A stretch of DNA of 64,000 bases from Octopus sinensis. Its lineage: Eukaryota. The DNA lies in contig NC_043000.1 of NCBI RefSeq assembly GCF_006345805.1, positions 27,094,001 through 27,158,000 on the forward strand, read 5' to 3'. A program made the translations under genes and the position numbers. Positions within the stretch are counted from its first letter, which is position 1. Each line of letters begins with the position of its first letter. Positions 27,563 to 41,764 of the stretch are shown one piece after another. Below the pieces are notes generated by a model. It did not search any database. It was not told where the DNA came from and saw nothing but the letters and a program-made list of their open reading frames with translations.

Positions 27563-29433
27563 ACACACACACGCGCGCGCTCAATCATATATATATACAT
27601 ACATACGCACATATATGTGTGCGTTTGTGTATACAGGTGTGTGCGTGTATGTATACATGTGTGTTTGCGTGTACAAGTGAGTAGAATACGTTTAACTAAA
27701 GACGTCTAAAAAAACTAAAATATGTCAATTACTCTCAATGATTGTCTGTAAGTGTCAGGCCTGAACCTGCCTTATTTCTCTAAATACTGTCCGAAAATTT
27801 ATAAAGGGTTATCTCCCTCTCACTCATGGAGTTTTTTCAAATTTTCATCTTATATTTTGAACAACCGAAGAACACATTTGTAATTATCTCTCACCCGAAA
27901 AGAGCTTTATCACTCATTATATTACTACGCTAATGCCTTGGTTGTCTCACGAGAGCCGAAATTTTCCCTGAAAATACAAACCAAATATGCATTTCTCCCC
28001 TAATTAAACAAAACAGGTGATCAACCAATTCATACTTCTTAATCAGAAATATTATCAATGACGATTGCCACGATTGACATCAGGGATGAAGGAATGGTAT
28101 TTCGGACGATAATCTTTTAATAAGCTTCCCGCTTGCAGTTATAATTGTTGTTTGTTGTTGGGATCTGCTTCGCCCAAATTTATATCACGTGGTTTGGTTG
28201 AGATTCCTTGATTAAATGGATTCCTATTACGTTTGTGCAAATTTACTTTTTAGCTTGTACGATATCGGATCTAGATGAGGTGACTTGATAACAAAGTAAA
28301 TATTATTGTATAATAGGGTGTTTCTTTTTAAAGAATCGAATCACAGCCTAAAAAAATCTTTAAAAATCGCTATACAACACTCAATTAGGAGTTATGACTG
28401 ATAATTTATTTGAGATCTGAGATATCTTTAAATTAAGCAAAAAACAAATTATAATGATATAAACAAATAACTAAAATTCAATAAATAACATGAAGCTGCT
28501 CATATTCGCAGATATCAGCTTGGAAATATGAAAAGAAATCGTCTAAATTAATCAATAAACTGTATTCTAGTTAGCAATGAAAACAAGCGTTAGAGATAAT
28601 TTTCGCAGTTCATCGACTCGCAAAGCCTCAGATTTAATTATGTATTAGAACATTTTAAAGACATCTGCATGTGAATATCATAACACATAAGGATTAGATT
28701 TTCAATTGAACTGACTTGGAAAGGTGAATATAATTTTAAAGAAGAATAAGCTAGCTGAAAGACATTGAACGAAATAGCTGCAACAGGTTGGTTACAAACT
28801 GGAAATGACATTCAAAGATATAATTGATATACTACCCCTTGGCTATACAAATGTCTAAGACACGTAAGATTCGTTATACGTGAATAAAGATGGAATATAC
28901 ATTTAACAGATTAAACTATTCCCATATTATATGACTATCTAGGAGATGTAGTGCGTCAGAGAAAGTTGGCGTATGAACGTAGGTCGAAGTATTTGTAAAC
29001 GGTGAGAGGCCAAGCTCTTCTACATTTCAGAATAATAACACATAATAGAAATATTAGAGAGTTATTCCTCAGAGCTCGTATCAATGTGTTTCTTGTTTGC
29101 AGGAGCTGTAGCTAAACTTTTGTATCGCGTTCAGTACTGCAATTTATATCAAAATTTTACAAAACTAGCGTAAGTAAATTAATAGCGCACGATATGTCTT
29201 AAGAAGATCAAAAGATATTTCCATCAAACGAGTTGCCTATCAAGGGTAATATTTCCGAATTAATTCTGTCAAATGCAATTAAGCTACAGCGAATATCTTA
29301 GCATCCTGCTTTCGGAAAGTTGAAGGTAATGCCAATCTATTGGCCACTGTTCTGATAGGTGACAATGGCGGTTCCTTCTGTATATTTGTTATGCATATAG
29401 ACGCAGGCACATACTCAAAGATATGTATGTATG

Positions 29434-29473
<40 letters not shown>

Positions 29474-29915
29474 TGTATGCATCTATATATCTATTTCTAC
29501 ACATACATATACACACATATATAGAGATAAATATAAATATATATAGATACTCTTTCACATACGTATATGGAAAATTCAGATATACTTACATATTTAGGGA
29601 ATGCATTTATAAATCACCCGACACAGTCATATATGCTGCTGATGTGCTAGAAATAGCAACGAAATATCTTTCGAATCAGAACTGTATTTTAAATGAATAT
29701 ATTGGACAACCCAGTCTCTCAAATACACGCAAAAATGATGGAATAGACAATACTGTGAAGTCGTTGATTATAGTTCTGTACTGTGTAGACTAAACTGGGT
29801 ATAAACCAAAGTATTAACAATATTTTCCTACAATATCTATACACATGACTATATTTATTCGCATACGCAACCACACGCGTATATATATATATATGTGTGT
29901 GTGTGTGCATGTGTG

Positions 29916-29946
<31 letters not shown>

Positions 29947-29949
29947 TGG

Positions 29950-30340
29950 TGGAGGCACATGGCCTGGTGGTTAGGGTAGCGGACTCGCGGTCGACAGATC
30001 GCTGGTTCAAATCTTAGACCGGGCGATATGTGTGTTTATGAGAGAAACACCTAAGTTCCACGCGGCTCCGGCAGAACTTAATGGCGAACTTCTGCTGACT
30101 CTTTCGAAACAACTTTCTCTCACTCTTTCCTCTTGCATATAGCAGCTCATCTGCAACGGACCGGCGTCTCGTCCTGGTGGGGAACCTATACGCCAAGGAA
30201 ACCGGGAAACTGGCCGTTATGAACTCTCAGCCGTAGGATCACGGTTTCGATTCCATGACCGAGTGTTGTGAGTGTTTATCGAATGAAAGCACATAAAGCT
30301 CCACGAGGCCCCGGTAGGCGGTGTTGGCGAACTCTGCCGT
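29950..30340 (+). mobile_element. tRNA-SINE (B-type head, alternative tail) followed by a partial family B copy
   Basis: Head ggaggcacatggcctggtggttaggg; tail ...ggaaaccgggaaactggcc; second body starts near 30230. Confidence 0.75.
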
Positions 30341-30444
30341 AGTATTCATATACACATACATATATATGTTCATATATACGTACATATATATACATACATA
30401 TGTAGACACAGAGTCACACACGCACACATATATATATATATTTA

Positions 30445-30480
<36 letters not shown>

Positions 30481-30699
30481 TATATATATATATATACTAT
30501 ACACACACACACGGTGGTGTGGTACCTATGTAACTGTGTTTAAGCGAAAAGAAATATAATCTTATTAATGCACACTCTGGTGCCTGTGATTTTGTATGCG
30601 GAACGATTTCTCGGAAAAGAAAAGTAACATTCCTTTATATTTCCTAGAGCAGAAATGAATTCTTTAGATATTATTGCGTTTACTTTCACAAAATCTGTT

Positions 30700-31200
30700 T
30701 TTAATATACAGTTTTCGGCTTCAGTAGTCGGCAGATATATTCACCAGACAACTTCTTTTTATCTTGACAAGAATACCACTTAGTTCAGCGTAATGGTAAT
30801 CAACTGGCGACCTTTCCACATTTGCATATATATTATAGTATATTTAAGAGGCTTCTCTTGACAGTTGTCCCATTGTATTAAAAATGGTGATAAATAGTTT
30901 TACAAGAAGGCAGAGCATTTTGACTTGTCTGCAAGAGATTACTGTATCTATGTATATTTCTATACTTGGTTGCACAGGACTGAAAAATATAAAAATAAAT
31001 CATTAATTATTTTTCACTCGAGTCTTATTTACTTGTATCTTATTGTGTTCGCGGAATGTAGGAACATTTTGTAAATTCTGGATGAAGTTCATAGGCAGGC
31101 GGGTGGGATCATATACCATTATCAAAAATGTACTGTATCAATAGCCAAAGTACTTTCATATTGCTTCCCATAGATTATGAGTTTACAGTGATCCATATTT
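30700..31200 (-). pseudogene. possible decayed piggyBac transposase fragment
   Basis: Weak minus-strand remnants resembling the DNWYTSP, YN...VD..DQ and KWY motifs. Confidence 0.3.
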
Positions 31201-32553
31201 CCGAAAACGTGTTCAGCGCGATAATTTTAAATGAGATTTAATAAAAAATTATTTTGTGTGTGTGTGCATCGTCTCGTGTTTATCTCTATCACCAAAGCTT
31301 GATGTTTTACAAGCGGTGTTGATTTGTTTACCTCATCGGAACTTAACTGCTCTGCAAAAGAGATCAATTTAAGTGATATGGGTGATCTGATCTCCAAGAC
31401 AAGGCCCCAACATTGCTGCAACCAATGAATGAAACAAGTAAATTTATAAAAAATTCACTATTTGCAAAGTAATTTATTACTTATATTTATAATATGGCTA
31501 ATTCTCTCTTTAAAAACCATTTTTGTTTTCTTAAATTGATGTAAGTGAAGCCGCTTGAAACGGTCGTACCCCTACTTGATATCCTGTATGCATGTATGTA
31601 TATATGTTTGAGTGTTTCTTTGTGTATGTGTTTATCCACCACCACCACCAACGACACCACTATTTTAAGAACAGTCAGTGACTGTTCTTAAAATATAAAT
31701 GAGGATATCCCAATGATTTATCGAAAACAATTTATGTTTTATTCAATATCTCAGAGTTGCATGGGTTGTCCTCGATGTATAGTTATGGGTTCCACAATTT
31801 TATGAAAGTCGTGCCTTCACGATAAATGAATAGGAGTTATTCACCCAGATTAATAAAGCATTCTTTAAAACATATTTGCGCCTAAATTATCTAGTTTAGA
31901 ATTGAACCAAGTCTTTTTATAACGTTTAAACTACTTATATGGGGAAATTTGAGCGTCGAATAGAATTCATATCAATATATATTTTGTGTTGAGCCCAATT
32001 CCGGCCACCGTCAAATTCACTTCTTGGACCTTCCATTACAAAAATCGAACTCAGAACACATAATGCTTTGCCTAATTTCTTCTGACTCGTTGTATTCTAA
32101 CTTCAAATCTGACCGTGGCTTACTTGAGTACGTGACTATGGCTTATTTGACGGAAGGCGTTTTCTGACTCAAAGTCACCAAATGGCAGCTTGAGTACTTT
32201 GACGGGTGTTCATTCCTTTGCTTTCGGTCCTGATGTCGCAGTTTGAGGACATATCTTCGTCATCATTCTCATCAAACGCAGAGATTCTTTAACGCTTTGC
32301 ATCTCATGTGCATCACGTGTGATACACAGAGCATATTCCCATGGATTCCATGCACCATATGTGATACACATTCTCAACCTTTTCCATCCATTAGAATAAT
32401 TTGCGACTTATGAAAGGACAATGTTATATTACTAAGAACGAATGGAGCAAGCGCTAGCTAAAAGTTGGAAATATGCATGGACGCTTAGGACAAACATGGA
32501 AATGCTGTCTTTATTATTCGGGATTTAAAAGATAGGAAAACAATTATATGAAC

Positions 32554-33460
32554 TATTGGGTCATCCCATAAATAATGTGATTTTCTTATACTTCATTTAT
32601 TTTTCAAAATTAAGATAAACAAGGTTCTTTTTTAATCTCCTTCATTTTCTAAAATGCTCTTCTGGTAGACGTGGAAGGCTTCTCTTCCAAAATTCACTTG
32701 TCCGTGACGAAAAATACCCTTCTTGCACAGTTCCGATCTCCTCTACAGAATTCATATATTTTCCGTCCAAGTGATTTTGTAGGCAGCGGAAAAAATGATA
32801 ATCAGATGGAGCAATGTCCGGTGGATATGGTGGGTGGGGCATCGTTTTTTAGTCAAACTGCACCAGCATTTGGAATGTCATCTCTGCAGTATGTGGCTGA
32901 GCATTATCCTGATGGAAAAACAATTTTCGCCTTGAAACAGAAGATGGTCATTTCTCTTCCAGCGCAGGCATCGATGAATGATTGAATTAACAAATTCAAG
33001 CTTCTCTGCTAGCTCCTCAACATTTACGATGCGATATTGTTTCACCAGGGTTTTCATGACGTCCTCATCGAGCTCTACAGATCATCCAGGACCAGGCTCG
33101 TCTTCTAGGTTGTAGTTTCCGGTTTGGAATTTCTGGAACCACCGTTGACACTCACTTACACTTAGTGCCCGATCACCATACACTGCATTAACATTTCTCG
33201 CACTTTCCGTTGCGTTATTGCCTTTAATGAACTCATAAAGTAAAATATGCCGAATATGCCTCTTTGTCACTTCCATTATAGCTTTGAAAACATGACTGTT
33301 AAAATCGAACTGCACACTTTAAAACTTACATTAGGAATATGGACAAGGTAAATTACTACCCGCTTTTATAGCAAGTTGATGCAGGTAGTTTATCCCGTCT
33401 TCCTCCAACTTTTAGTTCAATCAATTGAAGAAACCCACATAATTTATGGGATAACCAATA
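32554..33460 (-). mobile_element. mariner transposon with both TIRs, internally deleted (~0.9 kb)
   Basis: TIRs tattgggtcatcccataaataatgtg and reverse-complement tattggttatcccataaattatgtg, with TA ends; HTH RHILLYEF..GNNATESARN..WFQKF; PHPPYPPDIAPSDYHFF. Confidence 0.92.
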
Positions 33461-33706
33461 TATATGTTAGGAAGAAAAAATTTCGACACAATGGGGTTGT
33501 ATGAGTTACAAAGTTAGGAAATAAACTTAAGTAATGTTCTTACTTATTTGGGCACAAAAAGCCTAGTAGTTGAGGTCTAGTTATTTTATGAAAGATGAAC
33601 GACAAATGTGAACCTGGCAAAATTCGAACTTAGAACGGAAAAAAACCTGGAAGAAATTCTGCTAAGTATTTTGTCCTGCTCTTTAACTATACGGCCATCT
33701 TAAACT

Positions 33707-33995
33707 TACACCTTCTCCTCGACTTACCAACAACTGCACTGAACGACCAGAAAAAGTAAATAAATCAAAATAAATAAATAAATAATCGATATTTGGAAGT
33801 TGGGCAGCTGCGCGTACGATAACTATGGCAGCATCTGGCAACGCAGCGCTCACTCAGACCTGCGACTGCCTCTCACTCAGTCACTTTTACGCATCAGTTT
33901 AGTTTGAATGAAAATAATGTTGAAAAATATAAATTCGACTTACGACCCGCCAGCAAGTCGGAACGGACTCGGTCGTAAGTCGAGGAGATGGTGTA
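33707..33995. mobile_element. pogo/Tigger-like MITE (~290 bp)
   Basis: Termini tacacc(t/a)tctcctcgacttac inverted, 20/21 match including the TA ends; internal tcgacttacgac subterminal motif. Confidence 0.8.
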
Positions 33996-34004
33996 TTTAT
34001 ATAT

Positions 34005-34400
34005 TGGTTTCGAATTTTGGTGCTTGGCTAGCAATTTTAGTAAAGGCGATGGAATAAGTTGAAAGGCATCAGAGTACTTTACTTAATCGATGCAGAAATG
34101 ATGAAAAGTAAAGCTGACATCAGCGGAATTTGAACTCACAACCGCTTAGTATTTTCTCTGACTTTGTAACGATTTTGGGAGGTGGCTGCCTTAAATCTCC
34201 ATTATAATGGTTTCAAATTCAGGGGATGGGCTAGGTCGATTACATCAACCCCAGTGCTCGACAAGTACTTATTTCATCGACCTGGAAAGGCTGAAAGGTA
34301 AAGTCGACCTTGACAGATATTGAACTCAGAACATAAAGACCGAAGAAAGGCCGTTAAGCATTTTGGCCGGCGTGCAAAAGATTCTGCCAGTTCGCTGCCT
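34005..34400 (-). mobile_element. two decayed SINE family D monomers
   Basis: aaagtcgacct..ttgaactcagaac bodies; heads at ~34190 and ~34400. Confidence 0.7.
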
Positions 34401-34760
34401 CAAGTTACGTAATATTAATATTTATATTTATACATCAGAACGAATCCTATCCTTTATAGTTCTCCTCTAATTTCAGATCTAATGTATTTCTTAAAGATAT
34501 CTAACTACTATTGAGAGATCCGTTTGAACATACCTATTACAGAAACAATTAATTAAATTGCAGCGTTAATTAGCTTCGTTTCTGAGGAATTCCTCATTAC
34601 ATGTTTCAAGACATGGAATCCATTATATATTTAAAACTTGAAAACATTTCGTTCAGGTGATTACTCCATGTCTTTATATATAATCTCTATCAAAAGACTC
34701 GGCATTCAATGGTTAGTTAGGTTCCTGTTAAAAAAACCCACTTGCTGTGTTATTGAACGA

Positions 34761-35133
34761 TTCTTCTTCCTCTTCTTCTTCTTCTCTTCTTCTTCTTCTT
34801 CTTCTTCTTCTTCTTCTTCTTTTTCTTCTTCTTCTTCTTCTTCTTCTTCTTCTCCTTCTTCTTCTCTTCTTCTTCTTCTCCTCCTCCTCCCCTTCTTAAT
34901 TTTCGTCTTCCTCTTCGTCTCCGCCTCCTCCTCATTCATCTTCTTTTTCTTCTTCTTTTTCTTCTTCTTTTCTTCTTCTTCTTCTTCTTCTTCTTCTTCT
35001 CCTTCTTCTTCTCCTTCTTCTTCTTCTCCTCCTCCTCCCCTTCTTAATTTTCGTCTTCCTCTTCGTCTCCGCCTCCTCCTCATTCATCTTCTTTTTCTTC
35101 TTCTTTTTCTTCTTCTTCTTCTTCTTCTTCCTC

Positions 35134-35182
<49 letters not shown>

Positions 35183-35210
35183 CATTATTATTATTATTAT
35201 TATTATTATT
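34761..35210. repeat. (CTT)n/(TTA)n microsatellite with an internal ~150-bp duplication
   Basis: ccccttcttaattttcgtcttcctcttcgtctccgcc occurs at ~34889 and ~35037. Confidence 0.9.
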
Positions 35211-35644
35211 AAGACAGCAAGCTAGCAAAATCTTTAGGACGCGGGAGAAAATGCTTAGCTGTATTTCGTCCGCTACCCCCTGTGGGATCGATTCTCTAAA
35301 TGAAGAAATTAAATAATGAACTGTTTTCTTCAAGAACATTCAACACTGAACACAAGCTGAATTTTGGTCAACTAACTACAAGTTGATTACGTAGGCGTAC
35401 AAGTGACTGGGAGCGCATTTACTTAGCGATCTAAGCTCTGAACAACAAACCACGACTGGACTACGCACACGTATGTGCTAGAAGACCGTATACGAAAGTT
35501 ACCTTAAACGAAAAACTGGTATACAGAAACAGATTTTCAGACGGGAATTACATTCTGCCTCAAGCCAAAAATTTGAACAACAAACCGCGATGAGAGATGG
35601 ATAAGTGGTCGATTGAGCATCTTACAAACGGTTCGTTGACGTTC

Positions 35645-37290
35645 ATGTGCTGGCAGACTCGTTAGCGCGCCGGGCGAAATGCTTAGCGGTATTTCGTCTG
35701 TCGTTACGTTCTGAGTTCAAATTCCGCCGAGGTCGACTTTACCTTTCATCCTTTCGGGGTCGATAAATAAAGTACCAGTTTCGCACTGGGTGGGGAGGTC
35801 GATGTAATCGGCTTAATCCCTTTGTCTGTCCTTGTTTGTCCCCTCTATGTTTAGCCCCTTGTGGGCAATAAAGAAATATAATATTTGTGCTAAAACCATA
35901 ACCATAGATCGACAGAATATAAAGGAGAAAACTTTGTCTCTCTCTCACTCACTCCGTCTCTCACTCGTCTCTCTCTCTCATACACACAGACACCAACACA
36001 GGAAACAAACACAAGCATACGTATATGTACATATTTATATAGAATCGTTTCTAATATAGGCACAAGGCCTGAAATTTTGGAGGCGGGATCTAGTCGATTA
36101 CATAGACTCTAGTTCGTAACTGGTACTTAGTTCATCGACACGAAAGGGAGAAAAAGCAAAGTCGACCTCGGCGGAATTTGAACTCAGAACATCAAGACAG
36201 ACAAAATATCACTATTTCGTCCGGCGCTCTGACGATTCAGCCAAGTTACCGCCTTTACATATGTATATATTATAATAAGGGTAATGAACCCCCTTGGGTC
36301 ATGAATGACCATAGGATTGCACCTAGAGGGTTATCGTCTATATACGTATAGATTTATGCATTTGCTATAGAAGAATGGACAAATAGAACATCATTTCAAT
36401 GTTTTATGTGGAGTCTGAGTGTGGCTTGGAACCGATTACGATTGTGTATATGTATTTCAGTTCATCAACGGATTACACCTGTATATTCTTTTCTACTCTA
36501 GGCATAAGGTAAGGAAATTTTAGGAGGTGGACAGTGAATAAGACCCACCCAAGTACGCAACTGGTACTTAATTTATCGACCCGGAAAGGATGAAAGGCAA
36601 AGTTGACCTCGGCGGAATTAGAAGTCACAACGTAAAAAAGACAAAATACCTATTTCTTTACTGCCCACAAGGGGCTAAATACAGAGAGGACAAACAAGGA
36701 CGGACAAATGGATTAAACCAATAATATCGACCCCAGTGCGAAACTGGTACCTATTTTATTGACCCCGAAAGGATGAAAGACAAAGTTGACCTCGGCGGAA
36801 TTTGAACCCAAAACGTAACGGCAGACGAAATACCGCTAAGCATTTCGCCCGGCGTGCTAATGATTCTGCTAGCTCACCGTCTTATTACGTCTATATATTT
36901 ATTTGCTTATTGCCCATAGGGGGCCAAACATAGAGGGAACAAACAAGGACAGACATGGGGATTAAGTCAATTAGAGTGACCCCAGCGCTTAATTGGTGCT
37001 TATTTAATCGACCCGGAAAGGATGAAAAGCAAAGTGGACCTCAGCAGAATTAGAGGTCAGAACGTAAAGACAGACAAAATACCTATTTCTTTACTGCCCA
37101 CAAGGGGCTAAACACTGAGAGGACAAACAAGGACAGATAAACGGGTTAAGTTGATTATATCGACCCCAGTGCGTAACTGATACTTAATTTATCAACCCCG
37201 AAAGGATGAAAGGTAAAGTCGACCTCGGCGGAATATGAACTCAGAACGTAGCGACAGGCGAAATACCTATTTCTTTACTACCCACAAGAT
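35645..37290. mobile_element. cluster of SINE family D copies (plus: 35645-35880; minus: 36050-36255, 36490-36885 dimer, 36900-37290 multimer)
   Basis: Repeated body gttcaaattccgccgaggtcgacttt.cctttcatcctttcggggtcga and spacer ...ttagccccttgtggg.agtaaagaaata. Confidence 0.88.
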
Positions 37291-37630
37291 ATGGCTAAGA
37301 TATGCAATGTCGGGCGGGGAAAAAAAAGACGTCCAATCAACAGTAATTTCAAACTTTACGAAGTCAGTCGTAATGGTAATGCAATCCTCTGAGAAACAAT
37401 GATTGGAACTCCTGGATTTACATAACTTGAGAACTTGATAAAAGCAGTGAATATCTCATTTGATATTCGTTAGTTTGGGTGATAAAACTGGACATATTTT
37501 GGTGTTAGAAAACATTTAAACAGTGCTGTATAAAACGTAAGGAATAGCTTCGGCATATCACTTTTGGAGGATATAACTTTTGAGACAAGAGTATACAATA
37601 ATCTGATTAAAAAAAACCCAATATGAAACA

Positions 37631-37661
<31 letters not shown>

Positions 37662-37802
37662 TGTATGGGTGGATGGAAGGATGTATGTAAGTATGTATGT
37701 ATGCATATATGCAGGAATGTATGGATGTATGTAAGTATGTATGTGTGTATATATACATGTATGTAGGTATGTATGCGTGTGTATGTGGTGTGTATATATA
37801 TT

Positions 37803-37833
<31 letters not shown>

Positions 37834-38068
37834 CATATATATGTGTATAAATATATGTACACACACATACATATATATATATGCATGTATGTATATATAT
37901 ATATGCATATATATATATATATAACTACATACATCTCTGTGTGGGCGTGTGTTTATACACACATATATATATATATATATGTGAATTCATGTGAATTCTT
38001 TAGAATTCACTAGAATCTCAATTACTTAACCATATATATATATATATACATATATATATGTGTGTGTA

Positions 38069-38109
<41 letters not shown>

Positions 38110-38123
38110 TATAATATATATAT

Positions 38124-39810
<1,687 letters not shown>

Positions 39811-39853
39811 ATAATATATATAATATATATATATATATATATGTGTATATATG

Positions 39854-39935
<82 letters not shown>

Positions 39936-40164
39936 TATATTTATCACAATAAAAATTTTACGCAAGAGGTGGCGAATTAAACAACTGCAATATCTCAATG
40001 TTGAAAGCAAGCGCCGGAGGCGAAGTTGCTAAGCTGAATGCTGTAATCTTTCACTTTCCATTGGTTATTCTAAGAAAATATTTTAAAATAATTTCAAAGC
40101 GGACACGTTTCTATACTTTCTGGCATAATACAGGAATTTCTCAGAAACAATAAATTTATCTTTT

Positions 40165-40350
40165 ATTTGTTTCAGTCTTAGAATGCGGTCATGCTGGGGC
40201 ACCAGTTTGAATAAGTTTTAGTCGAACGAATCAACCTCAGTGCGTTTACTTTTTAACCTTGGTATTTATTCCATCGTTCTGTTTGCCGAACCGCTAAGTT
40301 ACAGTGCCATAGACACACCACGACCATTGTCAAAAGTTCGTAGGGAGATA
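40165..40350 (-). mobile_element. partial SINE family C (3' half)
   Basis: tgtttcagtc..tgcggtcatgctggggcacc..ttgccgaaccgctaagt. Confidence 0.7.
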
Positions 40351-40415
40351 TACCAGATAGGCACACACACACACATACATACATACATACATACATACAT
40401 ACAGACATACATACA

Positions 40416-40448
<33 letters not shown>

Positions 40449-41429
40449 TCATACATATATATATTTATGTATATATGCATATATGTATCCATATATGTAT
40501 GTATATATGTATGCATTTCATTTATTAATATATTATATGACAAAACGCATAAGATTGTTCTGTATATCAAGTTTCGCCTTGATATTAACTCTCACGCGCA
40601 CTCTTCACCTTTCTTCCCTATTCTTTCATTTCCTTTTCCCCCACTTAACTTGTCTCTTTCTCTCTCTCTCTCTCTCATTCTTCATTCTCTCTCTCCCCCT
40701 CACCATTCTTCATGGTCTCCTCGCACCATTCCCCTTCTTCTCTCCCTTCCTCTTGCTCCCCCCCTTCCCCGTCGTCCACCTGCGACGATACTTCCGCCCT
40801 GACTGCTAACTGTCTTTCTAGCCTGCCTTTCAAGGTAACTGGACGACTTTTCCTGCTCTCTCGTCGTTCACAAAAAATTCTGCGTTTGCAATACTTTTTT
40901 CGTTCGGCGTCAACAGCCCTTCTTATCTTGTTTTCCCTGTCCTGTCTTTTACTGTTATATATATTTTTTTACTGTTTATATATTTTTTTTTACTGTTTAT
41001 ATTTTTGTACTGTCGTTACTGTCCTGTTTTTTTACCATTTTTTTACCATTTTTTACCATTTTTTACCCCTCTGCGAAAAGATCTCAGAATTTTAATTGAT
41101 TTGCTTTTCGCAGGAAGGAAAGTTTCTTGTCGAAGATACGTCTCGCTTTTATCCTTCGAAACGTAGAGTAGACGAAACCTTAGCGACTGAAGAAGGGGTT
41201 TTTCGTTGTGTTAATTGTCCTGTACTCCATTTTTTGTTGTTTTTAAAAAAATGTCCTGTTCCTTTGGTTTGTGTCTATGTTTTCGTTTCTCTTTGTGTTC
41301 GACGTCCCTTTGGTGTCCTGTACTCATATATGCGTGTATATGTACATGTAGAGGTAGGTGCGTACATATATGTTTATATATATGCATATGTTTTATTCCA
41401 TTTATTATTATATATATATATATATAATA

Positions 41430-41538
41430 TAAATTAGAGATAAAACCACTATGAAACTTACGTAGTGTTTTTACATATTGTATTATATATTTATCATTCA
41501 TTTTATACTTTTTAAGATCTAGTTATAAGTTATATATT

Positions 41539-41585
<47 letters not shown>

Positions 41586-41612
41586 CCTAATAGTGGTTTT
41601 ATCTCTAATTTA
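41430..41612. repeat. 23-bp perfect inverted repeat around an AT-rich/(TA)n core
   Basis: taaattagagataaaaccactat (41430-41452) is the reverse complement of 41590-41612. Confidence 0.85.
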
Positions 41613-41692
41613 ATATAATATATATTTATACTATAAAATTGGATTTAATCCTAAATCTAATTTTTCCCTGTAAATTTGGATTTACTCCCTAA

Positions 41693-41754
<62 letters not shown>

Positions 41755-41764
41755 TATTATTATA

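Noticed and set aside
30860-30980. Minus-strand exon after a strong acceptor-like tract
   Set aside because: No convincing donor, and the region is better explained as a weak transposase remnant.
31534-31568. Third hammerhead-like string (ttgatgt-aagtg..cgctt-gaaacggtc)
   Set aside because: Core broken at several positions, single copy, no stem I.
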